A DNA stretch of 63,015 nt, counting the filler, from Collodictyon triciliatum (taxonomy: Eukaryota): the NCBI GenBank assembly GCA_043381765.1. It is 13 parts of 13 records of this genome, joined end to end, with 100 filler letters (N's around TTAATTAATTAA, not from the genome) between each part and the next. Parts side by side here need not be neighbours in the genome. Positions count along the whole stretch, not along the records: positions 25,368 to 30,339 come from JBHJMP010005593.1; positions 30,440 to 35,410 come from JBHJMP010005594.1; positions 35,511 to 40,480 come from JBHJMP010005595.1; 10 more parts are not named here. One strand, written 5' to 3'. The notes under the pieces were generated by a model, which saw only the letters and a program-made list of their open reading frames with translations, did no database searches and had not been told where the DNA came from. The position numbers and the translations under genes are program-made. Positions within the stretch are counted from its first letter, which is position 1. Every line of letters begins with the position of its first letter. Positions 25,501 to 38,411 of this stretch are shown in pieces.

Positions 25501-28369
25501 ACATTCATACTATTTTGAGTGCCCCTAAATAACAATGAAAAGGAACTGCCTGCTCTGGTATCCTGATAGTAAGCTTCCTTAAACGAGTCCACATGTACTT
25601 GCTTGAAACTCGGGATTTCTTGCACCAGAGTTGAAACCAGAAGACTGACGCATGTTACGAAGCTTTCGATAAGTCACCTTTCCCTTCGTGCTCCCAGTTT
25701 TGACTGTTTTATATATATCAGGTATGGGATTGTTGATTGAAGAACAAGAGTTGGAAGAGAAATAAAGAAGATATTGCTCATCATAACTGGTCTCCAATAA
25801 GTAGCAACCTAAGTTATTACATCCACGGCCAGTCTATGACACATTCAAAAAGTGTATGGGTTAAAACAGTCTGGTTATCTTCGCCCGAAATTCTTACATC
25901 AGAAGAGCAACATTTCAGCATATGATCCCAATATTATTGCAAAAGAGCCCAATACAAGACATACATATGTGATTATATCCGAATTGTTAGTTTTCAGACT
26001 AAAATAGAGGTTAATTTTTCGTTTAGGGCAAAATAAGTCGTAATATAAAGTTTAAATGCCATGAATTTCGCATTTTTGGGAAATTCTACTTTTTTTTAAT
26101 ATAAGAATTTATGCTTTCGATATTAGCCACAAAATATATCGTTTCAGATAATCTTATAAAATTCTCTACATTATATTTTTCTGCATAAATCAATTTTTGG
26201 ATCACATGTTTCAATTATTGCCCTCCTGAGCATTTTGAAGTATCAAATATGTTTTCTGAATGCGTGTAATTTATATCAAAGTAATTTGTTTCTAAAAAAA
26301 TTGTGACAAATTATAAAGCAAATTTCCCTTTTATTTATAAGTCTCAAATATTTTCCGCTTTTTTATATGTTTAAAACATGAAACTCAAGAACCAGATGAG
26401 AAAGTATGCTGATTCATAGATGATTGTATCAGTTTACAGAACAGTAAAGATGTGTTAAAATAAATATATCGGTAATTAAATGAATTCCACTTAACACTGT
26501 ACAAATTAAATCAGATAGAATTTCGGGTATTCATCAATTTTGAAAGGTCGAAGTAGTAGGTATGAGGAAACAGTACGACCTAAATTATAGTATTTTTGTT
26601 TTTTCTTTGTAATAACAGGCACTGACCAGGCAAATTCTAAAATAGAAAAATAACCGAAGCAAATGAATTTTAGTGACTGTAATAAATTCAAATTACATTT
26701 TCAGACATAGAAATAAAGCGATGACCAGCTAAAAGATGCTTCAGCATCAAATTCGAAAAATTGTGATGCGCTTCTTTATTAAACAATGATGGTTGGTAGT
26801 GGAAATTTCAGCCAAAGAAATTTGATATAAACTGTATGATTTGTATTTGTTTCAGGAAAATCTCAAAATTATAGTTTAGTACCTCTTACTATACAACTAT
26901 GTATATTTGAAAGTGTTTTTTGAGCTTTTAGTGCATCTATTTATGAGACAGATGAATATGATATGATAAGTGAGAGCATTTCAATTCAGAATTGTACAGG
27001 GCAAAAATAAAATAAAATAAAATCGGTTTCCTAAAATTCAGCATAACGTTATTTTTACTGGTTCACTAACGAAATAAACTTTGGTATTGCAAAAACCATT
27101 TAATTGCATAAAAAGAGCAAAAAAAAAGAGTAATTTTTTTTGAATTTCTAGGATGTATAGAACCTCAGAATTGATTGTTTAAGTAATACAATAGTCATAA
27201 TCATTGTCTCAATATTGATTTTCCTAGCCCATTCATTCAATTGTACGAAGTCGTAATCAAATTTTATACTATTAGGAATATGACGTCATATTTTTGAATA
27301 AGCAGATAGAGCAGCACGTAATAGAACATTTTTATAGAGATAGTTTTGAATCAAAAGATCAGTAGTTTCCATAACCAATGGATGGTAAATAGTCCTTGTG
27401 CCTTTTCAAAATGAGGTTCCGATAGTATTTTTTGTTTTGCCAAAAATCACCGCCATTATAAATTTATATTGGGTCGAGTATAATGACGAAATAATGAGGA
27501 CCATTAAAAAAATTCATATTTAATATGAACCGGAATATTTTTCCATAACAAGAGAGATCTAATACTGCAAATCATTTTACAGCATTTCGAATAAAATCAA
27601 AGAAATTAGTAGCGTAATAGAACCCGCTTTGGTTAAATGTGCAGGTGAAATCATTTAAACAAGTAGGACACAACTTCAAATTTACTAAAGAATATAGAAT
27701 GGCATAGTGAGGTCGCCACAAAGATATATACGTAATGACATGAGTATTATTTTTTAGGGGTTCTAATGAACAAGATGAGGTCTTTTAATATTTGTATGTG
27801 TTGTGAAAAGGGCTATTTAAATTAAAAATTGATTAAAATTGGAGTGTCCTTTACAATAATGATTCAATAAATTACAGAAACAATAGTTGTTTTTAAAAAA
27901 TTCAAATGATTTAACCAAAATATTCACCCGGTACGCAAAGTAATCATTTGATAGTTTTGGTTTCCAGATTATTTCTTCAAGAGTATTAGTCATGGATATA
28001 AACACAATTTCGCCCATGATTTCTAAAATTAATTTAACATTTCATGCCAATTAAAATCGGAAGAAATGATGGCGTGATTTTGGGAAACAAATCAAAAGCT
28101 TGCACCTCCATCACCCCGTGCTTCACAGATGCGGGCATCTTTCGCTGCCGTGTGCGTTGCTTTCCCTGATGTGGAAGATTAATATTTCCGGAACCGTATA
28201 AAAAGGAGAGAACCGTTAGCGCTTCACAAGGCATGTGTGGGCGGGGATTACACGATCGCCCTTCGCAAACGACCGAACTCACAGCAAACACCGCCCCAAA
28301 CTCCGCGTTAACCCCCACAGACCCGCCTTGCGTCTTGCGTCTTGCCTCCCACCGGTCGTCGCCTGTTCG

Positions 28370-28576
28370 ATGGTGCAGCAGCTCCGGTCCCTCCTGGTGC
28401 TTGCCGGGTGCCTGGGCGCGCCCTTCCTCGTGTTCGTGGCGGTATACTACCTGCGCGAGGCATCCAAGGCCGCCACCCAGGCGCGCAGGGAGAAGGATCT
28501 GGCGGCCCTCATGGCGCGGTCCAAGGCCTTCTTCGAGCGTCCGCAGCAGGATCCGCGCTCTGCAAAGAAGGACTAG
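28370..28576 (+). CDS. Small single-pass membrane protein (68 aa), intronless, GC-rich
   Basis: MVQQLRSLLVLAGCLGAPFLVFVAVYYLREASKAATQARREKDL...; strong G/C third-position bias. Confidence 0.55.
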   Translation: MVQQLRSLLVLAGCLGAPFLVFVAVYYLREASKAATQARREKDLAALMARSKAFFERPQQDPRSAKKD

Positions 28577-28646
28577 CCCTGCCCTGCAGCCCAGCCAGCC
28601 AGCTGCAGACGAAGCGGCACGCTTACATAAAGACGCATATACATGC

Positions 28647-28779
<133 letters not shown>

Positions 28780-28856
28780 CATACACAAAGAGCGTTTAAG
28801 GGGAGAAGGCCAAGAGAGCGGGGAGGAGGGGCTTGTGGCTATCAACAGGGCGGGGG

Positions 28857-29876
28857 CTAGACCGAGGCGTGGACGCGGGCGCGGGCAAGCAGGGTCTTGC
28901 GGTCGCGGCGGTTGATGGTGAGGGCAAAGTCGCCGGAGGCCAGGACCTCGGAGGGCCCGAGGCAGTGGGGCTCGCCCTGCATGAAGTTGTCGGCCACGGT
29001 CTTTGTGGCGGGATGGTAGCCGACGAGGCGCTTGTTGCCGTCCTCGAAGAGGATGCGGACCTCGAGGGAGAAGCGGTGGATGCCGGCGGGCAGGGCGCAG
29101 AGCAGGCGGGCAAAGCGGACCCAGCACTCCTGGTGCGCGTGCAGCGGCCCGGGCGCGGCGGCGCTCTCCGTCTCGGGGTCGGGCACAAGCACCAGGGGCA
29201 GCGCGGTCGTGGCGGCCAGGTCCTCGGGCGGCAGCCGGTACACAAAGAAGGCCGTGCCGAAGATGTCGTGCGGGTCCAGCCGCTCCTCGTCCTCGTCCTC
29301 GCCGTCCGACTCCACCTCCACCTCGTCCTGGTCGTACACGTGCTCAGACTCTGCCGACCCGGAGCGCCGTGGCCCGCCCGTGCCCGTGGCAGTTGCTGTG
29401 GCAGTTGCTGTGGCAGTAGTTGTGGCTGTGGTTGTGGCTGTGGCTGTGGCCCGGTGCGACGAGGGGCAGACGGCCTTGTCGTCCGCGTAGAGGTAGTACG
29501 CCACCCATGCGCCCTGCGTGGGCGTCAGGTAGCAGAAGTGGTGCAGTGGGCGCCACATCTCCTGCGGCCGCTTGTAGCCCACGCAGTAGCGCGTCATGCG
29601 GCACCGCAGAAACGCCGTGCCGAAGATGCGGTCCTGCGTGTTGAAGCGCGAATACACCTTCGGCTCCGCCTGCTTGGCAAACCCGGCGTCCTTGCCAAAC
29701 ACAATCTGCCCCGCGTGCGCCTGGTGCAGCCCCGACGGCGTGAACTTGTCCGGCCACACCTCGAACAGCGGCGTCCCGAGCTCCCCGGGATTCAGCCACC
29801 CGGCCGGCCAGAACCCTTCGCTCAGCGACTTTGCAGGCCCTGCCGCCCCGCTGTTGCCGTTGCTGTTGCCGTTGCC

Positions 29877-29923
<47 letters not shown>

Positions 29924-29954
29924 CGCCGGCCTCTGTGCTTGCGCCTGCCCCCAT
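28857..29954 (-). CDS. Intronless GC-rich hypothetical protein (365 aa) with N-myristoylation-like start
   Basis: Starts MGAGAS (MGxxxS). NS and AT dipeptide runs separate globular segments; IFGTAF occurs twice; G/C-ending codons dominate in this frame. Confidence 0.7.
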
Positions 29955-32900
29955 CCCCTTCGGTCCTTGATCTGCCGGCGGGTTGCTGGCTGTCTGCTAT
30001 CGAGGCCCCTGCTGAAAGGTGTGCAGCCCAGAAGGTCTTGGTTGTTGCAAGGGGAGAATGAGTCTGCTGGAACCATGTTTGTCTCTCCTCATCGACCCCA
30101 GCATCCGGCTCATTGCCTCTTTGTTCCTTTTCTTTTTCTTTTTCTTTATTTTTTTCATCTTTTTCATCTTTTTCAATTTCTTCTTCTTTTTTCTTTTTTC
30201 TTTTTTCATCTTTTTCATCTTTTTCAATTTCTTCTTTTTTCTTTTTTCTTCTTTTTCTTCTTTTTCTTCTTTTTCTTCTTTTTCTTCTTTTTCTTCTTTT
30301 TCTTCTTTTTCTTCTTTTTCTTCTTTTTCTTCTTTTTCTNNNNNNNNNNNNNNNNNNNNNNNNNNNNNNNNNNNNNNNNNNNNTTAATTAATTAANNNNN
30401 NNNNNNNNNNNNNNNNNNNNNNNNNNNNNNNNNNNNNNNTTGGTGGATCGGCGGCTCCTAGTTTTCCCGATGGTCTGAAGTAAAGGTCTAAGAACGTACG
30501 GTGGGGGTGTTGGGTTGTGTTGTGTGTGGAAGTAAGTATGTCTTTATCCAGTCATTCATGACCAAAAAAATAATAATAAAAAAATCAAACTATTCTTTGT
30601 AAATTTCTGTAATCAAAAGTCGTGTATCCTCTTTTGCGGTAAGGAGACTTTGTTTAATTTGAAAACGTTACCTATTTAACATAAAAATAAAGCATGCATA
30701 AAGTCGAATAGTTTTTAATTAAAAATATTTCACTTGTAAAACTATTACTGATGATGATAGAACAAAAATCTATAGAATTAAGAATTATCATCGGAGTCTG
30801 GCCATGCTAGTTATTTTATTATTAAGTTGATAGATTTAAAAATAGTATGCAAACATGGAATCAATATTTTAATATTTACAATATAATTGCCTCAGCTATA
30901 TATTTTGTAATGAATTTTAATCAAGATGAATGGTCTGCCTACAGAATCGTCAAGCTACGTCGTTTATTTTTCAATAATTGTATTACGTATCGCCTTTTGA
31001 ATACTAAATCTGTAGAAAAATTTAAAATACGTATCTACCAGAAAGTCTTTGTTATCTACAGGATTCTTAGTGTCCATATTTTAAATTCCCTTTTAATTAA
31101 ATGAATATATACACTTTTGCATCAAATACGAATTAAAAAAACCAACTAACCAAAATATAAACCATTCTAATATCCAAATCGAAAAACACATACCATATAT
31201 CCGCTAAAAACCAGTTTGCCGCTAAATGATACACCACCCCTCCCCTTGACCGACCTGCAATCATTTGTCCACAGCTTCACGCCCATACCCCTCACCTTAC
31301 TAGACCTTGTTCGTTTCTCCAAGTGAAAATGATTTGTAAGTTTACCGCTCAATAAATAAACCAATATATATATATACATATATTAGTTAATCGTTGCTGA
31401 ATCATCTAAATTAGTTTAATTTTCTCCCTTGGTTATATAGATGTCGATTTATCAAATCCAACAAACCCACCCTCCCCTTCCAATTCCAAATCAATCAGAG
31501 GTAAGAAAGCATACCGATATTCGTTTTTGCGGTGCCCGACTAACCAAGGATTTGATAGATGGCTCATGTCCTTTCTATTTTTTTACAATTGTTATCATTC
31601 ACGTGTATTCATAAAATCCTTTTTTTGCATCTGAAATATGTCTCGTATATTTATGTTGATTTCTTAACGATTTATCTATCTAATCCACCCCATATACATA
31701 TGACTTCTATGATTGTTTCATATTAGTGATTCTATCATATTATCAAGTCTCTGATATTGTTCAGTTTATTATGTTTGGTCAAATATGGTCGAGTACTAGA
31801 ATTAAATACGATTGCAATTTAATTTATCTCTGTATTATTCATCAATTTTCAACTAGGAACATTATCTCTGTATTGGTGCACACGTAAAATACCTCAATGA
31901 CTAAATTCTCAATTAAAAATTACCTTTGAAACGATTGCGCTAGTAAATTTATTAATATTCAGACTTTTTTTTGCCTTTCTTATACATTAATAACTATATT
32001 TTGTATCAAAATTTTAGTACTAACTTTAGTGTAATAGACTTATTTTATTCAGAGCTCCAAAGAACCTTTATAGCACATAGTCTACAAATTCTCAATGAAA
32101 TTATATATAGGATTTACATACGACATATCACTATTAATAGTCAAAATAATAAATCAATTTTTTTTATCAGAGTGCATTTTTTATTAGTATAGCTAGTTTT
32201 AGTTCAATGAATCATTTCAATATGGCTACTGTGACAAATATGTCATTTAAAGAGGATCAATTATAAATCACTATATTTGACACTTATGATAGGGAATTTG
32301 ATAATAATTGACATTAATCAGGAAAATAAATGCAAAATAATACTGAAACTGGTTGTGAATCATGAAATCTACTAGAGATGATATCCAATACTCACACAAC
32401 ACCTTTTAAAACTGAAATCGGTTGTTAATGAAATTTTAACAAATAATAGGGTGTGATTCATCGCTTGAGCCCCTATTTTGTACATAGACGGTTATACTTC
32501 AAGAGTTAACATATTTTAAATATAGTCAATAATATAGTTAACTGAAAGACAATTTGCAAAGTTATATTAAATCATAGTTTTAATTTCCAAACAGAGCTTA
32601 TCGAAACTATGTTCTAAAGGAAATATTTTTGCTTGCTCCTATATGATATCCATTCGATGTAGTCAAGCGTACAGGATTTATTTTATCATTGAACAATATA
32701 AGATATCTAATAATATGAATATTTTTACAGCTATGATTGTTTGATTAAGTATATATAATGTTATACGGAAACATTAAAATGATTCGAATTCATATATCTC
32801 GATAAATATGCACATTAAGATAATATATAATATCCTGATTAATTTTATTGGAATATATTGGTATTCATAGTTTTTCATTTAGAGGAATATTAAAATATAT

Positions 32901-34292
32901 GTTAAACAAATAAAGTAATTTTTCAAAGGATACCGCTGATTCTGGAAATGAATATTTTATGATATTATATTTTACAATATTCATCTGATGAAGAATCTAT
33001 TAATACTTGAACTTAAATTAATTATCTTATATGTCATTTCAATTTTAATGTTATTTCCATACATATTTCATAATTAATCAATATGCCAATTAATTAGTTA
33101 TTAAAATTATATCTCTTAAATCACTTATTACTTTTAAATATTATATCATCCGCTCATCCAATTTTTGTAATGCTGAGAAAACAAGGACTTAATGTATGAT
33201 ATATTTTTGATAGATTAAATAAATAAATAAATTGGATGTTTTGTGAATTTAGACGCTGTTTTAAAGAATACATGATTGAACAACCAATTTACTAATTATT
33301 TCTTTGTTTTTGTCAATATTATATACGAAATATGTGAACAAAAATGTAAGCAAATGATTGACATATGATTTCCTTGATGACATGTTTTATTCATAATTTT
33401 AATATACATTTAATTTCTTGATACACATAACATATAACTGTTTTTTCATATTGCATTTTTTAAAATCATGCAAATTGTTTGAATAATAATTCATTCTATA
33501 TTTTTAAGAATAGGTGTGATATGTTTTGATTTAAAAGTGCATATAATTGATTGAAAAAAGTCTGTTGTGAAATCATCGGCTATTTTGGTTATCACAATTT
33601 ATTGATTTATAACATAGACAAACCAAACTTATTCTTCTCAAACTGATCCATGTATTATTCTATCATTTAAATTTAAACTTAATTTTCCCTTTGCTTTATT
33701 GTCATATCCTATTCATAATGAGGCTATTTTGCATGATTCCCATACTTTATATTGTGTTCCGTATGTCGTTTAATGATTTATTTGTATTGAAAAAATAAAT
33801 CATCTAATAATTTAATAGTGATTTTCCTTCAAGTACCACATTTAAATTTACATATTATTGATAGAAAAACGACTTTATTAAAAACATTAAATTAGACTAA
33901 TGAATTATTTTAATAAGTATTTATGAAAAATTTTGATTTGATATCGATTTATTTCGAGATGATTACCATGTTTTTTTAATGATTTTTCATGAATTAATTT
34001 GTCAAGTCACTATACCATCAAATAAAATAGTCAAAGCTTAACAATTGATATGAATCAGAGTCTTTTTACATTTGAGATTTTATTTCTATGAGTATTATTG
34101 AAGCCTTGCGTAGATAATCTATTTATGTATTTCTGAATAAATTAATTAAAATTTAAGTAGAATGATTCAATATTAGATGTTTAAGAAAATGTGTTGATTG
34201 GGTATTACACCATTTCATAAAATTTTGTATAAATGTTTAAACACTCTTTCCATGAATTTAGAATGAGATTGAACTCAAATTCTTTTGCAACC

Positions 34293-35410
34293 ATGTTGCT
34301 GTTGGGTGAGTCATTACATTTTAATTGTTTTATTTTATTTATCATTAATTGCTAAAGATTGCATAGAATTTTAAGTAATATATTTTTAGGATTGATGCTC
34401 CACTGCCTATTTTGTCTTGTTGAAGGGCGAAATGATTCGATACGCACACTAACTGGTCATACCAGTAGTGTTGACAGTGTTGCCATTACTCCTGATGGTT
34501 CAAAAATTGTTTCTGGAAGTTGGGATAGAACAATCAAAATCTGGAATCTTTCTAATGGAACTTTGATTCACACATTGACTGGTCATACTAGTGAAGTTCG
34601 TTATGTTGTCATTACTCCTGATGGCTCAAAAGTTGTTTCTGGTGGTGGTGATAAAACAATCAAAATTTGGAATCTTTCTGATGGAGCTTTAATTCGCACG
34701 TTGAATGGCCATACTAATTATGTTTACAGTGTTTCTGTTACTCCTGATGGCTCAAAAGTTGTTTCTGGTGGTGATAAAACAATCAAAATTTGGAATCTTT
34801 CTGATGGAGCTTTGATTCGCACATTGATTGGTCATACATATGAGGTTTACAGTGTTGCTGTCAGTCCTGATGGCTCAAATATTGTTTCTGGAAGTAGAGA
34901 TCAAACAATCAAAATCTGGAATCTTTCTGATGGAGCTTTGATTCGCACATTGACTGGTCATACTAGTATTGTTTACAGTGTTGTTGTCACTCCTGATGGT
35001 TCAAAAATTGTTTCTGGAGGTTCTGATAAAACAGTCAAAATTTGGAATCTTTCTGATGGAGCTTTGATTCGCGCATTGACTGGTCATACAAGTACTGTTT
35101 GCAGTGTTGTTGTCACTCCTGATGGTTCAAAAATTGTTTCTGGAAGTTATGATAAAACAATCAAAATTTGGAATCTCACCTATGGAACTTTGATTCGCAC
35201 ATTGAATGGGCATACTAATTGGGTTCGCAGCGTTGCTGTTACTCCGGATGGCTCGAAAATTGTTTCTGGAAGCTGGGATATAACAATCAAAATTTGGGAT
35301 GCTCCAGAGTTACTTTGTTCTGCTGGTCAGTTTTATGATTCAGTTTCAAAGTCTTGTCAAATATGCCCATCTGGAAGCTATAGTGCTGGGGGTGCTACAT
35401 ATTGTTCCTT
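34293..35410 (+). CDS. Secreted/surface WD40 protein: signal peptide + 7 highly similar WD repeats + Cys-rich (ephrin-receptor/GCC2-GCC3-like) repeat, 3' partial
   Basis: Exon 34293-34305 (ATGTTGCTGTTGG|GTGAGT) splices to 34390, giving MLLLGLMLHCLFCLVEG|RNDS. Seven GH...WN/WD units of 126 bp (one 123 bp) follow, then CSAGQFYDSVSKSCQICPSGSYSAGGATYC. Confidence 0.9.
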
Positions 35411-36212
35411 NNNNNNNNNNNNNNNNNNNNNNNNNNNNNNNNNNNNNNNNNNNNTTAATTAATTAANNNNNNNNNNNNNNNNNNNNNNNNNNNNNNNNNN
35501 NNNNNNNNNNTCACTCCCATCTCTGACACTTCAGCCCTGCGCGATGCTTTCCAAGAATACAACCTGACCAGCATCCAACCGATCAACTTCAACGAGTTCA
35601 CGCTGCCCCAATTTCATCAAATCCAGGCAGAGTCGCAAAAATCAGATGCAGACTCCCAGGTTCGTATTCCATCAGAAAGATACTAATCACAGAAAGGGAA
35701 AATAGCTCTTGGTACCAACCCACAGGCCTTTCATTGTCTCGGCATGTCTGTTTTATCATGTGATTTTGGGTTGAGAGAAAATTAAAATAATGGCTTCTTT
35801 TGAAGAAATAAAGGTGTATGCGCATAGAGGATATTGATGTTTCTTCTTTCTTTTTCTTTTTTTCTTGTCTTCTTCGGCACAGAACTCGTCCAGGAGAGAA
35901 TCTCGCGTCTCACAGACTCACCAACCACTGACCGGGCCTTGAATTGTTGTGTGCGAGGGCTCTCCTATCCTTGTCATCATTTCCTTTTCATTCAGAAGCT
36001 ATGACTTTGCTGGAAAAGCAGAGTCGGAATCAAAGGAAAAAAAAAAGGTGCCTGTTAATATTATGTACATTTATAACAATAAAAATAAGAAACAAATGAA
36101 GAGGGAAATGCAAGCGCCAACGATAGTGCGAATCAGTTAATGCTGAACACGAAGGCATGATATCGAACAGCAATCATATCATAAAAGGTGGGATAGAAAT
36201 GTAAACTACTGC

Positions 36213-37956
36213 TCAAACTCTACCATCCGACTTTGACACAAATATGTATTTGTGGACAACGGACAAATCCGTCTGCCAGGAGAGTTTAGAGCGAACCGCC
36301 CACATCTCCAGCGTGTAATCAACATATGACCGAGATTCATCCAGCGTCCAATTGTTGACCTGCATGCGATTCAAAATATATATATATCAGACGGCAATAT
36401 GCAAACAAACATTCAGGCATGCAGAAGAGGAAGAAGAAGGAAAAAAAAAACCAGCGCACACTCTCAGATGATGAAAAAGACTTATCAAGGCAAAGGAGAA
36501 AGAACATAGAAAATAGAGAGATACTGCACAGGAAATCACAACATACACCAGCGAGATGCTCGATGACTTCCTCGAGCTTGCCCTGCATCTTTGCAAGATT
36601 GGCATGCTTGACAAGGTGGCACAGCGGACAGAGGGACGTCATGCCAAGGAGCCTCAAGCGGCGATTCTGGTCATCAAACGACCACTTCTCATGCAGCTCC
36701 ACGGGCCACCGGTCGCCCATCCCGCCGCAGATTTCGCAGCGATACTTGCAGCGCTCATGCTGCTCTTTCCTCAGCTGCTCCCAGTACTTTTTCTTCATCA
36801 GCAGCCGCACGTTCTGGACCTTGAGATTGCGCGGCGCAATGTCTACCGTCAGGCGCGGCGGGTCGGGATACTTCTCAGCGAGCTGCGGCGGCATCCCGTG
36901 GTACTCCATGCCGCCCTCGGCCTTGGGCACCATCCGCTCGCGGAACCTGGACCGGTCTGCGGCCTGCTGCCTGCTAAGCTGCTGCTGCTTCAGCTCCGAT
37001 GCTGTGAGTCTCGGGCGGCCGCCGTCCGTCGCCTCCTCATTACACACGCTCTGCTCGGCCTCGGCGCTCTCGGGCGGCCCGGCATGCAGAGTCTCCTCCT
37101 CCACCTGCACGCGGGCCTGCTGCAGAATCTTTGGCGGGGCGATGCTGCGGAGGCTGGCGTGAAGCGGCGTTGACGAGCCGGGCTCTGTCTTGAGGAACGA
37201 TGTGTCTGTCACGAGGTTGCGCGTGCTGCGGCTCTTGGCCGGCTTTCGCATCACAGGGTTTCTTGTGCTGTCTTCCGTGGCTGTCTGCTTCTCTGGCGCC
37301 GCCTGCGGTTCCGACTCTGTGTGGACGGAGGCTGCAGTTGAAATGATGGCGTCCAGTGAAGCTCCATCCAGCGTCGGCACGACCGATGATATCGTGGTCA
37401 CGCGCTCGCTTCCTTGGCCCTGATTGTTCTCCGCCTATTTTTTTTTTGTTTGCAGATATTATAGGTGGTATATGATTGAGTTAGTGAGTAGGATGTCGAA
37501 TAGATAAATAAACAAAATAATTAATAAAATAACCAAATAACCAAAATAAATAAACATGCCATCAAGTAAGGTGAATAAGAGATAATAATAAATTAAAAAA
37601 GGGACGGCTAGGAAGATAAAGACCGTCTCAGACAGATCCACGACGCTTGGTGGCCGAGTCTTTGAGGACGAGGTCTTTTTTCTTGGCGGCTTTGGTCTGG
37701 CCACAACGGGCTCTGCTTCCGATCCCGAGCTTGTTGCCACAGCGGGAATCTTTGGTTTGCGCTCGGCAGGCTTCTTTGCTTGTTGCTTAGGTTTGGTCTC
37801 TTTGGACTCATCTGCAGCTTTGCTCTCCTCTTTGGGCTTGGCCGAGGTTGTGCCGAACGGGGCAGCGCGGGCGAATATGCTCTGTGGGAAGCGAGACGAC
37901 GAGTGCGAGGCGGCGAGCCGAACAAGAGCCCGTGCAGAAAACAGGCTGGAATGCAT
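36213..37956 (-). CDS. HNH-type (His-Me finger, zinc-binding) nuclease-like protein with mitochondrial-like presequence, 3 exons, 455 aa
   Basis: Exons 37624-37956, 36547-37434 and 36213-36359 join in phase 0. C-terminal domain PRLTVDIAPRN...NVR...WEQLRK...YRCEICGG...PVELHEKWSFDD...LCPLCHLVKHANLA...HLAGVNNW...WAVRS..SWQTDLS. N-terminus MHSSLFSARALVRLAASHSSSRFPQSIFARAAPF is Arg/Ser/Ala-rich and acid-free. Confidence 0.85.
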
Positions 37957-38411
37957 CGGATTTCGGACTCTACTTCCTTGCGTTTGCTTTGGCCTTGTCG
38001 GACTTGTGTACGGTAGGTCGCGGGCTTAGAGAGTGAAAAAGAGAATGTGCAGATTTCTGGCTTCAAGCGAAACGGGATTAGATCCATCTTCCTTTTTGTG
38101 GTTTGCTTGTGTCTATATGTGGATTTTACAAGCAAACAACAGTGCGCGGCTTTACTTGCTAGTCGAGAGGCTGGGCTTTGCAGCATATTTGTATTTATTT
38201 GACTCATTCTGCGTGCAGAGGGGAAAGGGGTTGATACTTTGGATATGGGTAGAGGTGGCTGCCTAGACCATGTTATCTACGCACAAACATCCTTCATGCT
38301 TTTCGTGCGAGCAATTTATTTTATTTTATTTTGACTGTTGTGAGATATATGCAACATCTTGAGGCATGAGAAACCAGTTTTTCTTAAAGACAGAAACACT
38401 GGAAGCTCACC

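Noticed and set aside
27278-27291. Palindromic ATATGACGTCATAT (CRE-like site; similar at about 1953)
   Set aside because: Too short and not tied to a defined promoter
28833-30395. 520-aa + strand ORF and other overlapping GC-rich ORFs
   Set aside because: Antisense shadow of the 365-aa ORF, running into T-rich repeat and Ns
30560-34290. 3.7-kb AT-rich stretch with scattered exon-like blocks (similar at 25580-28000 and 61000-62100)
   Set aside because: No consistent spliced frame or recognisable motif could be built
34441-35300. Repeat array as CRISPR-like or as cyanobacterial contamination
   Set aside because: Units are in-frame WD40 codons without spacers, and the gene has a spliceosomal intron and signal exon
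36419-37423. Long + strand ORFs over the HNH gene
   Set aside because: Antisense shadows of GC-rich coding DNA with no motifs
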